Below are positions 13,024 through 24,985 of a DNA stretch of 64,000 nucleotides, in pieces. Each line of letters opens with the position of its first letter. The stretch's first letter is position 1. The stretch lies in assembly GCA_010093815.1 (NCBI GenBank), contig ML996572.1; one strand, 5' to 3'. The stretch comes from Pseudovirgaria hyperparasitica. Lineage: Eukaryota. The position numbers were made by a program, and so were the translations under genes. The notes beneath the pieces were generated by a model. That model had not been told where the DNA came from and did no database searches. It saw nothing but the letters and a program-made list of their open reading frames with translations.

Positions 13024-14181
13024 GGCTTTTTTAGAAAGGAATGGAGCCTTGTTTTCTGTGAATTGGGAGGCGCTGGGCGCTGGGTTGGGAATTTGCTGTG
13101 TTTCGTAAAGGGATGTGGATGGGTTGGGCTGTATAGTGGCCTGAGATGCTGAAGGGTGTTTTGGCCTAGTGATTATGATAGAAACTGTGGAGAGGTGATT
13201 TGGTAGATGATTCATGTGACAGTGACACATGGTGGTAGCTTTATACGCTTCCCAAGTGTAGACAATGTCGGTGTACAGTGATTAGGAAGCATTGTGAGAC
13301 AAAGCAAACCAGTAACAGAGTGGAAGGGCACCATTCGATGCTGCTTCAGCATATGGCAAAGAACATACGAGTGAACAACGCAGCCACTGTCAAGCGCAAA
13401 CTGACAGGCTCGCATTACATTTACATGTTTTATATCTTCGCATTCGTTACTTCGGATGCCACTTGGTTGCAGATAGTCGCTCTTGGAAACTACCGGTAGA
13501 GAATGTCGGTCTTTCTGTATTACCAAGATCGTAATTCATTATCGAGTGTGGCCAAAGACGAGAAGACACCCATCACAGAGCACGGAGTTCATGGTTAGAG
13601 AGACAGTGGACTCACGTACTTCTAGAACTGCGCACAGAGTATATCTGACACTGATGAATAACAGTCCACAGAAGGCCATAAGCTGAGAAGATCAATTTGT
13701 AATATTAGAAGCTGTAATATATATCCAACCCAAAACAAAACTGCGTGGTGAGCTTCCACTAATATATCTCCGCGGCACTCTGACGCGTGGTAATCATATT
13801 GCATGTCGAACATCTCACACCAATCCTCTGGTTGAATTAACGATGGTCTGTCCTGTATCGAAGACACTATTTCTCAGCTCATTGATGCGCTCAGTAGGAC
13901 CACCGGGTCACTCTGACAGTCGATGTATGGTAGTTCTCAGGCGTTCAGTACTGTATCACTGTCCCCCTGCTGACGAGTATGAGATGACTACTCAAGGTAA
14001 GTACACCAGAAATACCGGAGACCATGAGATAATCCCTACCATACATGCTTACCGTGAATTTGACCTCGAAAACTTGGCCTTGAACAACAGCAAAGTAATT
14101 TCAAATAATATAAACCTTAGAGTGTGAAACATCAGACAGCACTATACCACAATCTAAGAGACTATAGAAAGCATACGCGCG

Positions 14182-14621
14182 CAGACGTGAGCATATACAA
14201 TCGGATACAATCCGAAGTACTAGATTAGGATTGTATGATTAGTCACCCTAAAAGTACAGATTAAGCTTGGAATCTATGCTAAGGGATTAAGATTGCTTAT
14301 ATTAGATTAATTAAAGTGGGTGTATAGCCGGGGCCCTATATTAGGCTATATTCAGGCATTATTTATGCCTAAGGCTGCCATATTAGTGCCTTAGGCTAGA
14401 CTTTGGGCCTTAGGTAGAAATAATACCTAAATATGGCCTAATATTAGGCCCGCAGCTATTTACCCCACTTTATTCAATCTAACACAATCAATCTAACCAA
14501 TTAGATTAAGATTGTACCGTCTTAGCAATCATTTTGAGTCGTAGATTGAGCTTGTATTCTCTATCAAAATTTTGGCCCAGATTGAGATTGCATAGATTCG
14601 GATTGTATATGCTCACGTCTG
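14182..14621. mobile_element. Non-autonomous hAT-type miniature inverted-repeat element (MITE), 440 bp
   Basis: Perfect 21-bp TIRs CAGACGTGAGCATATACAATC (14182-14202) / GATTGTATATGCTCACGTCTG (14601-14621); exact 8-bp direct repeat TACGCGCG at 14174-14181 and 14622-14629; AT- and TpA-rich interior; many subterminal AATC/GATT motifs; no ORF. Confidence 0.9.
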
Positions 14622-16410
14622 TACGCGCGCAGCTGAATAAATGATAACTGACGGGGCCAGCCCCACTCCTTCCTTCGATTGCATATAAATCTATCTATAC
14701 AGCACCCTCTATTCTCGTGACTAACCTTCCTTCTCCAACTCTGTCGTCGAAGAACTTTCCACCTTGCCAGAGTGACCCTGGTCTCTGCCATCGTCGTCTC
14801 CCTTGCAACATGAGACTTCGCCAGCATGACCAGATCCCCACTTCTATCCCAGCTCATGTTTGGAACAAATCTTCTTACACCTTTCTTCCAACCTGCGAGA
14901 TCTATTATCCGCGTCTCTCGCATTGCGATCTTGATGTTTGTCCCTCCGTCTCTCAATGCGCCTTAAATACAGATACAATTTCGCACGGCTTAGTAGATTC
15001 CAGTGGTGTCGCACTTTGGGCCGGTTGCGGTACGCTTCGTCAAATTCGGAGTTGATTCGTTTTTTGGTAGCTTCCGTGTCGGATTTTATTCTTGCATCAG
15101 TTTGATAGATTTCCTCGAGCCTGGCAGGGAGGACTGTTGTTAGGGATTTGGATGGGTGAAGGGGTGAAAGGGCTATAGGTACTTTTCTTTTAATTCCGCG
15201 GGAATGTCCCGCGCGGGACTGTCCCGCCAAGGCATCAGCAAGTCTTTGTAGGTTATGAGCGAATGCGGATGGCACTCCTCTTGGTCTTGGCTTTTGGACA
15301 TACTGCCTTGAATACTGTCTCGTGTGGGTATCGGTGCTGATCTTGCTGTTACTGGCATTACTGTTACTAATGGTGCTATCCCATCCACAAGACCTTTGCT
15401 AGGAGTAACTGTAATGACTCTTGGGAAGAAGACGGATATAGTCGAATCGACGTATCAGAATCCGAAAAAAAAAACAAGTGGAGTGCGGCTGTGGATTAAG
15501 TGGAGCAGGCTCAAGATCTATATCGATGTTCACATATCGAACAGAGTCGCCTCGGAGGCTGTAAAAGTAAGGGATATTCATGAAAGAGCACATGGTGGAC
15601 GCCGGGGCATAACAATGAAGATCAAACAATGCCCTTCACAAAGGAAACGAGTTTACTTCGCTTTGTTACAATGTCCAGTGAGCCTGACCTGAAGAGACGA
15701 CTCATAGTGTCGGGTACAATGAAAACTGTTTTGAATCCTGACTAGCTCTCAGCAAGATCTTGATCATAGCTGATTCTGGTCGATGGCTGTTATATGCAAT
15801 ATGCTACACCCTGTCTGGAGAGGTTATCAAACCACAAAGGATCTTTTCGGATTTGATGGAGCGGAAACGTGCTTCGCTAGCTTCTAGTCTGCGACGCGTC
15901 CATTCATTCAGCCTGAGGTGCCACGTACATAAGGGGATACATCAAATACCGATGTTCGTTCTTACCAGAACCCAGAAGAAGAATGCAGAGACACGTCTGA
16001 ATGCAGAAGCTGCACAAGGGCTCTTTCTAGACACGTGGAATGACAATGAAAGAGACTAAGCAGAGAAAATGAACTACATTGTTCCAGAGAACTAGCGACG
16101 AATTGTCTCGTCCAAAAGACCCACGTATCTCGTGAGCGCGTCATGAAGTGAATTTTTTGCAGTAGCCCAAGACAGCATTAGTGAATATCTACTTCCAATC
16201 CAGACAGGAAATACTCTACAATAGCAATAATCACAGTATCGAACACAGACGGTAATCAAACCCAACGTTACTATCTATCCTCGTCGCACATAATTCGTGT
16301 CATACTACTCCTCTACTGGTATCACGAAGCCACTCTACCCAAAACGCCAGTACTCCAACCTACGTCACTCTACCACAAGTTCTATGCGCTCTATACTCCA
16401 ACAAAGCCCC

Positions 16411-18078
16411 TCAGCGACCGCCAATCTGCTTACTAGGCACAGGTCTAATCCAAGCAACCGCCAAATTCATGCCGATTGAGATGGCGCCAACGATGTAGAA
16501 GACTTGGTGGTAGTTCGTACCATGGTAGCGAAATGCGATGGCATATATAACTTTACTCATTGTCAGCAAAAGCGCCCACACAATAAGCCACGAGGAAGAG
16601 TGAGCACTCGACTTACCACCACCAAGATTGCCCACCGCACCCACAAGCCCACTCACGACCCCGTTCGCAAACGGATGCACGTGCGGCACAAGCCCAAAAT
16701 TCGCTCCGTTGCCTGCTTCCATGAACATCGCCATCCCCGCGACCAGGCCGATCATAGTCGGTAGATGATGAGGGTCGAGAACGCCGATGATGATGGCGAA
16801 TATCCCCGCGACGCAGCCTACGAAATGAATCCAGAGCTTCTTGCCCCATAGACTGCCCCCGGTAGCGCGGTAGATCACGTCCGCGATGACGCCACCCAAA
16901 GGGCGAGACACGACGTTCAGTAACCCGAACATGGCGGCCCAGCGCCCAGAGCCGGTCTGGAGGAGAGTCGGGAAGTTCTTAAGGTAGTAGGCGCCGAGTA
17001 TGGAGTTTATAGCGAGTTCGGCGCCGAACGAGTTGAAGTATCCAGCGCACAAAGCGAGGGTTTGCGGAGACGTGTATACCTTGAGCATCTCCTTGAATGT
17101 CGGCGCTTGTACGATTTCATGCTGGTATTCGTCTACTATGACAGCCTCGCCGACTTCACGGTCGGCGACGTCGGCGTCGTCGGATTCGGAGGGCGCAGCG
17201 GATTTCTTCTCGGATAGGTACTTGGCGTCCTGAGTGGTTGAGACGGGGATCTTGTGCAGGGCGGGAACTTGTGCGGAGGCAACGTGGCCGGCGTTGTGTT
17301 GAGTGCGGATGCGTGCGTTGATGGCTTCGTGGCGGGTGGACCAGGCGCCGTTGGGAGTATCGGGGCAAAGGAGGAGCATGGAAATTGCGGTGGAGGTGAT
17401 GAGAATAAAAGGCACGATGAAGGCGACGCGCCATGCGACATGAGCGCCGAGGTGCTGAGAGTGGACGAGGGAGTCGAAGATTGCGGGCATGGCGAAGCTG
17501 GTGGATGTGAGCGAAGGTTGCGTGAGTTGGATGAAGGTAAAGGAGACGAACTATGTGATGCCACCACCGGAATTGCCCCAACCACCGATGAGGGCGTTGG
17601 ATGTTCCAACAACATTTTTGTCGAAGAACTGCATAGACCATACCTGGCAAGGAACGAAAGTGCCACCGAGAATACCAATGAAAAATCTCAGAGTGATCAG
17701 TCCAGCCGCATTGTGAATAGTTCCGGCAAGGGCAGTTGGGAGAGCGCCAACAAGTAGGAGACTGGCAAAGACCTTTCGGGGCCCAAACCTATCACAAAGA
17801 GGTCCAGCAACGGCACGAACCAGAAGTGTAGCAACTAGTCCAGAGATATTTGAGTTCGCGACTTCATTCGTGGATAGGTGAAGGTCTTTCTTGATAGTAA
17901 GGGTCAAGAGCGGCGGGAAAGCGTACCAGGACCAAAAAGCAATCAAAAAGCCAAGCCATGAAAAGAAGAATACACGACCATGCACATCCACTGGGTTTAG
18001 GACAGGAATGGAACGAGCTTTGCCATTGATCGGATTCTGCTCTGGCTTGGTCCAGAGGAGGGAGAGTTTAGGGGCCAT
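16411..18078 (-). CDS. nrtA: Nitrate/nitrite porter (NNP family MFS; CrnA/NrtA-like)
   Basis: [41 protein letters not shown], nitrate signature [42 protein letters not shown]; introns 17498-17551 and 16551-16616 restore GGGITY-FAMP and GG-VIYA. Confidence 0.93.
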
Positions 18079-18229
18079 TGTTGATGTCGATCGCTTACCA
18101 ACGAAGATCTGGACAGGTAGAAGAATGACTGCAGACTAGACAAGGAAGAAAGTTGGATGGTGAGACTCGACTCCGAAAGCGAGAAGACCGCATATATACG
18201 AACAGACCGGACATATCAGACCACCAGGC

Positions 18230-19154
18230 CCGCGGATGTGGTCAAACGCAGTGCTGGCATCTCCAGAAAGTAGTGGGGACTTTGAAGAATCCAGAACTAC
18301 ACAATTCAGAGATCTACTAATTACCAGGAATGGAGGCGTCGTTGCCAGGCTCTGGCTGATATCGGATATGTTTGATCAAGTAGGGAGTAAGAGATAGCGA
18401 GCATGAGCCATTTGATTTTGCAGACAATCCGCGGAAATCTATAGATGATGGGCGCGAATGTCGCAACAGGACTTGTTGTTAGTGTGTTTGCTGCCGAAAG
18501 CGTTATCAGCACCGCAGTGCGCTGTAAGCACGGCTTGGCCTGGCCTGATAAGCAATTCCCTCCAAGTCGCACATGAAAGAGTCCAGAATCGGAACATCCT
18601 ACAACTCCATACTTCTTTCACCAGTTCATAGGCTCCTCAGACCTGCGCTGTTGTGCATATGTGATAGCTGTTCCCTTTCAGACCTGGAGAAAACCCTGGG
18701 CAATCGAGATTTAGATATCTATCGATATGATGCGACCTCGAAGCAGTTGGAGCTGAATGAGGGGCAATCGGTACCCATCAGCCCTACTAACTCAGGATGG
18801 AGGCCTCTCTTCTTTTTTCTTCGTATTTTCCGTGTTCATTCTCCTACAGCATCAGCCTCATGCCCCGTTCAATTCCCAAGCTCTTTCTCTGCCCATCACT
18901 CTACTGTAAGATGATAAAAACTGTACCCGGGCACCGTTCAGGTACGCGCCTGTGACGACAACTACGAGCATGACGTCTCCGCGGTTCGCAGCGTCGCAAG
19001 CTCGCAGATCGTCACCAAAGTGGCGTCGCGACTGATAAGGGAAAGCAATCTGTGGATGTGAGGATTGAGATAGTAAAGAGGGTCTGGGCCGAGATTGTTG
19101 TGGTGTTTAAAAGCGTTGTGGCGCGCTCGTGGCTGGACGCGAACATCTCCGCGG
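18230..19154. promoter_or_regulatory. Nitrate-responsive promoter: NirA/NIT4-type CCGCGG sites plus multiple GATA (AreA/NIT2) sites
   Basis: CTCCGCGG at 18977-18984 and 19147-19154, TCCGCGGA at 18428-18435, CCGCGGA at 18230-18236; HGATAR-type sites near 18392, 18503 (reverse), 18546, 18662, 18912, 19033 and 19068, all upstream of the transporter ATG. Confidence 0.65.
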
Positions 19155-19402
19155 CCGTGGACACACGCTAACTCTGCTGGAGATTATGGATATCGTGGGG
19201 GTGTTTGGAATTTGGGCGTACAATGTTTGTGTCTATTTTGGGCTGCATGTTTATCGCGAAAAAAGTTGTGTTGTGGAGCGTCTGGATCCCTAGATACTGA
19301 GTGTCTACTTCGTATGGAGGCTGCGTGGCTATTGAATCTGAACCTCAGTTTATGCATCAAAGTGAACAACAAACCCGAAGCCGCTACTATTCTCTCTGTA
19401 TA

Positions 19403-20275
19403 TCAGGCAGACTGTCCCTTAGCATAGTCGGTACTGTAGCTGATGTCCTTCCATTCATCTAACAGCGCCAGCGTAGCCCTACACTTCTCGCGAATCGTCT
19501 CCTGACAATCACTTCCTAGTACAAGCCTTGGAGGTATACCCTTCTTTCCAGTCTCGCCGCTCCCAGTCAACACATCGACAATGACCTCGCACCCCTTCTT
19601 CACATCTCCTGGCTGGTTACCGCCAACCTGAGCCAGCAATCTCCTCACTTCTCCTGTCGCAGTATCCGTATAGTCCTGAATCTCGACCTCGCTCTTGACT
19701 TTTGCGTCAGAGCTTAAGAAATTAGATCTGAAGTATCCCGGTTCGATGACTGTCGCTGTGATCCCGAGGCCCTCTAGCTCCGGACGCAAACTCTCGGCTA
19801 TCGCGCTGCAGCTCCATTTTGTCGCTGCGTAGTTTGCAAAGCCGGCCCCGCCAGTCCAAGATCCCAAAGAGCCGAAGATAGCCATGACTCCGCTCCTCTG
19901 CGCTCGCATGTACGGCAATACAGCCCTTGTAACGTTTAGCATGCCCAGAACGTTCGTGTTGAAGGTAGCAAGCGTTTCTTCCGGACTCGTCTCCTCGACT
20001 GCGCCTTCAAGAATGTAGCCTGCTGCATTAACTAGGATGTCGATGCTACCATGGATCTTTTGGGCTTCTTTTACTGTCTCCTTGATCTGGGGAAGCGGCC
20101 AAGTTACATCCAGAGCAAGAGTTGATGCGCCGGATTCTTTAAGACCAGCAATCTTTGCTGTATTGCGAGCAGTGGCTATGACTCTGTGACCACGAGCCAG
20201 AGCAAGTTCTGCGATGCCTTTACCAAAGCCGTTGGATGTGGCTGTGATCAGCCAGACAGGAGTTTCAGAGGTCAT
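19403..20275 (-). CDS. Short-chain dehydrogenase/reductase (classical SDR)
   Basis: VWLITATSNGFG nucleotide-binding motif, IDILVNAAG, catalytic YAATK, VIEPGYFRS, QPGD; intronless. Confidence 0.92.
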   Translation of the reverse strand: MTSETPVWLITATSNGFGKGIAELALARGHRVIATARNTAKIAGLKESGASTLALDVTWPLPQIKETVKEAQKIHGSIDILVNAAGYILEGAVEETSPEETLATFNTNVLGMLNVTRAVLPYMRAQRSGVMAIFGSLGSWTGGAGFANYAATKWSCSAIAESLRPELEGLGITATVIEPGYFRSNFLSSDAKVKSEVEIQDYTDTATGEVRRLLAQVGGNQPGDVKKGCEVIVDVLTGSGETGKKGIPPRLVLGSDCQETIREKCRATLALLDEWKDISYSTDYAKGQSA

Positions 20276-20844
20276 AATGCAGTATGTTCTGTACAAGGCT
20301 TTGATCTCGAAGGGAGGTTCCGGAACCGCGAAGAGAAGAACTCCGCACTAATCTAGGTCGATATTAACAGAGATAGCGAGAAAGTTGTTGAAACTTATAG
20401 AGGTATTTGTATGGGTTCTGCAAGCAATATGTGTTGCCTACCTAGTGATAAAGGTTACAACGCTCCGCTTCATACAATATCGTTCTTTCTGCTATTAAGC
20501 TACGGCGACCCTACATTATATCAATGATCATGTAGATCTGGCAGAGCTGAATGAGGATCATTATACGCTTCTTGGCATCAGCCGTACCCCACTTTCTCTC
20601 GCATATAAGACACTTAAGTCCTATATCTCCGTTGTCAGATGTGAGGCCATTGGTAGACTTCTGCCTTTGCTTGTGCATGATAGAAAGCATCCTGATAGGG
20701 GACTATAGGTTATTTCATAGCACATACTCAGATTGATGACGAAGAGCAATCTTCTCCTACTACCCGTAGCAAAAGTCGGTCTTTGCGGTTCGTTATTCTC
20801 ATAGCATGTCCATTATCAGTCACTGCTGCACAGCGCATTTGCAA

Positions 20845-21567
20845 TCACTTCTTGCCTTCTACCCACTTCCATATCGCCTCTTCACCTTTCTTCAGACTTT
20901 CGCCCGCTGTATTCAACGCATTCATGATGCTCTCTTGGGTTGTAGTATCGCCACCAAGCTCACTCTCTCGCCTTGCTGCCTCTCGTAATTCAGGAGGATC
21001 TTCGAATGCGCGGTAGTTCTGCACATATCCCGGAGGATGCTCGATAGGACTCTGCCATGGCTGTCGTGGCTGCGACGAAAGCTTCGCAGTTCCGAGAGGA
21101 AGTGATGTTGAACCTGAGCCTGAGCCTTGATATTGCGCAGGCTGATATGGAATTGTTGACTTGCCAGACAGTTGACTATCCGTTGGAGGCGGAAGAGATG
21201 CTTGAGGTGGGAGTGAGCGCGTCTCCGTTACGGCGACAACCTTTTCTACCACATTGGCTGACTGAGGTGGTATAGGTACTGCCCCTGGCTGCGGAGGCGG
21301 CGGTGTGTCGGCATTTTGCTGCGATGACAATGTGGTCAAGGCAGTTGTGGCCGCGGGAATGTAACGTGAGGCAGGCTGGGGCGCCGCAGGAGGAGCCGGG
21401 CTGTAAGTGTTTGAAGTTGTCGTAGGTGTAGGTATCTCTATGGTACGGGTTGGTGGAGGAGCGGTTTGGGGAGTAATGCCACTCGCTTTTCCTGCCGTCG
21501 TAGAAGCCTCGGTGGATGAAACCTCCGGGTTGATTGGGTCGTGAAGGTGGATTGGTATCGGAGGCAT
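20845..21567 (-). CDS. Pro/Thr-rich hypothetical protein (240 aa)
   Basis: MPPIPIHLHDPINP...PPPPQPGAVP...EHPPGYVQN...GESLKKGEEAIWKWV; resembles a conserved ascomycete hypothetical family. Confidence 0.75.
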   Translation of the reverse strand: MPPIPIHLHDPINPEVSSTEASTTAGKASGITPQTAPPPTRTIEIPTPTTTSNTYSPAPPAAPQPASRYIPAATTALTTLSSQQNADTPPPPQPGAVPIPPQSANVVEKVVAVTETRSLPPQASLPPPTDSQLSGKSTIPYQPAQYQGSGSGSTSLPLGTAKLSSQPRQPWQSPIEHPPGYVQNYRAFEDPPELREAARRESELGGDTTTQESIMNALNTAGESLKKGEEAIWKWVEGKK

Positions 21568-22006
21568 GATGGTGAGATGCAAAAGAACGGCGGAAGTGTT
21601 GGATCTGAGGAATTTGCGGAAAAGTAAAAAAAATCTAGGACATCTGTGGCAGGGTTGTCTTTGCTGTAATTGCTAGGGTCGACAGGTTGATGTATAGTGT
21701 TCGTTTGTCAGGTAGAATCGTGGACGTGGACCCTGGCATGCATGTCCATTGACATCATTGTGGCTCTGAAACATCATTTTCACGCTAGTACCGCTTCTAC
21801 CTAAATATTGATGCCTAGTGTCTGATGCCTGAGTGTATTACCACTCTTCCTCCTATCTTGCTGTCTCCAGCAGTATGATGATTAGCTTATGATACATAAT
21901 GTCAGAATCTTTCGGATTTTCTCCCTGTGCCTAGTATACTGTATTCCAATCTCTCCCGCATTCGGTTTGATACAATGTTGACCGCCAGAAAACACCCAAG
22001 ATTGTC

Positions 22007-23550
22007 TTAGTAGACGTATGGAATGATTCTATAAGGAACTTTCTCCACATAGCGGTCCCAGTCCTTGCCATATTTGCGTCTGCACTTCTCCTCATCTCTG
22101 CGCTCTCTATGAATGAGTAGAACGGCAAAGTAGATCATGAAAAAGTAGGTGAATAGCATTCCCCATCCTTTTGCTTCACCCGGAACGACCTTCTTAGGTC
22201 CTAGAATACCAGCGATTGAGTCACGCTCAATGACATATCCCGCGATTGCGGTCGGAAGACAGAAGGACCAACTCATCAACCAGTCGCCCAGATAGTTGAT
22301 ATGGCGGGCCGTTCCCCACCAGCCAGTAGTCAGTAATTTGGAGCCAGATTCGGTCTCAATGTATTCCAGGTGGGCAATTCTCGGATCTTTTGGGTTGGTA
22401 CGGAAGCGATTCTTCTCGTTGTTAACAGCACGGAAAAGTGCATAGCCGGAAGCCTGAACGGCAAAGACACCCAGCAGTCGAAGCGGACCGAGCTGAACGG
22501 GATGAACAGCTAAGTAACGAGTATGGATGCTGTAAGTAAACGGCAACCATGGCACATCCCCGAAAGCTAGCATGAAGCCAAATCCATCAGCGATTATATC
22601 GATAGTAGTGAGGATAGCAGGCTCCATGTATTGGCCATCAAGTGTGTAGAAGGCCTGAGCAAACGTGATGAACAGAATCGAATCTGTCACATGACCATAG
22701 TGGCGATATTGCGCAGCAATGTTTGACAGATTGATAACAACCCATGCAATCATACCAGGACGTAGCTCCATCCATGACTTAATGTCAATCTCGCCGAAGA
22801 CTGGAAGAGTGATGCGGGGATTGAGTTCGCGTCCGATGAACCAGTCGTATAGCATGTTGCCACTTTGTCCACCCTTGGCGAGCTCACGGAGCTCCTTGTT
22901 GCCTGGCTTGACACTGAAAGACCGTATATAGACAAAAGTAGCCAATGCATACGCAAATACAAGGTTAGTAGTAAGAAGTGGGATCGTGTTTTCCCATAAG
23001 AATACCCAGATCGGCCAGTCAGCGCCCTGATAGAGGGTACCTGCCGCTGCAATTGCGAGCGTAAAGACGTGGATATTGAAGGCTGTAGCAGTTAGTTTTG
23101 TGTGGGAGTCAATCTGATAACACTCACTGTTAAGTCGATACTTCAGTTTGCCACCAGAGTCAAGTTCAACACCTTCAATCTCAGTTGCAGGTAAAAATCT
23201 CGTCAAAGTCAGGAGGTAAATATACCACCCGACCGTAGCTAAGATAGACTGCAGGTTGATGATTGACTCTATACCTTTCCATCCGATGTCCCGCTTTAGA
23301 TCTTCGATGTTGAATTCCGTCGGGTGAAGCAATGATGGAATTGGACAGCCAGAGACATCGTTGCAGCCAAATGCGAAGACGTAACAAAGGATAGGCAATC
23401 CGATGGAGATGAGGAATGCACCGGGACTGTACATGTAAGCAGAGGGATGACAAGATCCAATGATTTGTTAACGTACGGGCCCATGAACTCATATCCATGT
23501 TTCTCAGACGGTGCGGCTGTCGATGACGCTTTCGACGTTTTCGGAGCCAT
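22007..23550 (-). CDS. ERG24: Delta(14)-sterol reductase (ERG4/ERG24 family)
   Basis: GYEFMGP|PGA, GNMLYDWFIGRELNPR, ELRPG, DGFGFMLAFGD, LLTTGWWGTARHINYLGD, LLIHRERRDEEKCRRKYGKDW; two introns. Confidence 0.95.
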
Positions 23551-23888
23551 CACGTTTGAGCGCGCAGTCTATGTCAACGCTGCACAGGCGACACGCGGAA
23601 GGGATATACAGCAATTGACAGATGGAACGAATTGATCAGCCAAAGAAAGAAGAAACGCGATGAGAGGCGGAAAGAGTATGAATAATACTTGGAATTGTAG
23701 CGATGCAGGCTGACTTAACCATCGTTCGACTTTGTCCCGTCGGGAAACGAAGCAGCCGCGAGCGACGCACGGGCGCTCATGATGATGCTCAAATCGACTA
23801 AATAGGGGAAAGCCCGGATTAGGGGGGCACGTGATGCCCGTGAACTAACGGACACGATCGGAATGTGCAAGCCTACCCGAAACTACCA

Positions 23889-23920
23889 ACACACACACAT
23901 ATATATATATATACATATAC
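23889..23920. repeat. (CA)n(TA)n compound microsatellite
   Basis: acacacacacatatatatatatatacatatac seen directly. Confidence 0.8.
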
Positions 23921-24985
23921 CTGAACAGTCCAGTATTCTAAGCATGCATCGGACAAACCCAGATAGTTTGCCACATCAAGTGGTTGACATAGCTCCACCA
24001 CCACAAGTCATCAATCAGTTCCCGATTCTACGGCCCAATTTCTCCAAGGGCGGCAGTCATTGGCGCAACGATAGAATCAGGAACTCACTGACCCATTTAT
24101 CAGCTGCGTCTCATGAGAGGTCCTGTGCGGAGCTCGAATGTGTGGATTAAGTTGAACGCTTTAATTGACATCGGCGATAATAGCCATGGCCGATGAGCAT
24201 GAAAGAACCTGACTTAGGTGGGATTGAATGTTGAATACATGTTGTGTGCACTCTGGTACTCTGATGTTGATAGGTTACGTATTAGGCCTACAGCTTTACT
24301 AGGTCTCAAGTCGGCAGTTACATTAGGTGCAAGAATCCTGCCATAGAGCGTATGGAAGATTCAAGATCGAACAACGATAAGGAACGTATTTCCATGAGAG
24401 TCATGGTGTGTGTTCATAAGGCTGCTGTTGTTTGTAACAGCTTTATATCAGTCCCTAATTAATACCTCACGCCCATAATGATAAATGGCACGGCTCCTTG
24501 TTCGGTAGCGATTGGCGCGGACCGCGGACAGGGGGTTTGTAGTGGGTCGGAAAGATGGAAAGGCTGGAAGAGCAATAAAGATGGTACTCATGTCTGCAGT
24601 GCTGGGCAGAACACTCCTAAGGTTGCTAGCAGAATCGAATCGCACGAGAAGGGAGAAAGGTTCCAGCCTTAATATGTTTCGGCCGCAAATTGGAAGGTTG
24701 AGAGAATAACAGTCCGAGGTATGCGGTCTCGCAGCAACGGGGGCAAAAACGCTGATATGGCTGTGAATGGCTAGTAATAGACCTCTTCTGCTCAGGACTT
24801 CGGCCCGGATTTTTCCGAGCTAGGTCAAGGCGGCTAAGCCTAACCCTGCCGCAAAATCTTTCTCACTCGCTCCTCCCTACAAAACCCTCCAAAGCAACTT
24901 TCTTCCATTCTCACTTCATCTCCATCCCATCTCCCCTCAACCTTTTCGACTTTCTTTCGTTAGAAGTCTTTACATAGCTGTCATA

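Noticed and set aside
13984..13997. ATGACTACTCAAGG identical to the first 14 nt of the STM1 CDS, followed by a GTAAGT-like donor
   Set aside because: No further similarity and no downstream exon found; a 14-nt match is compatible with chance.
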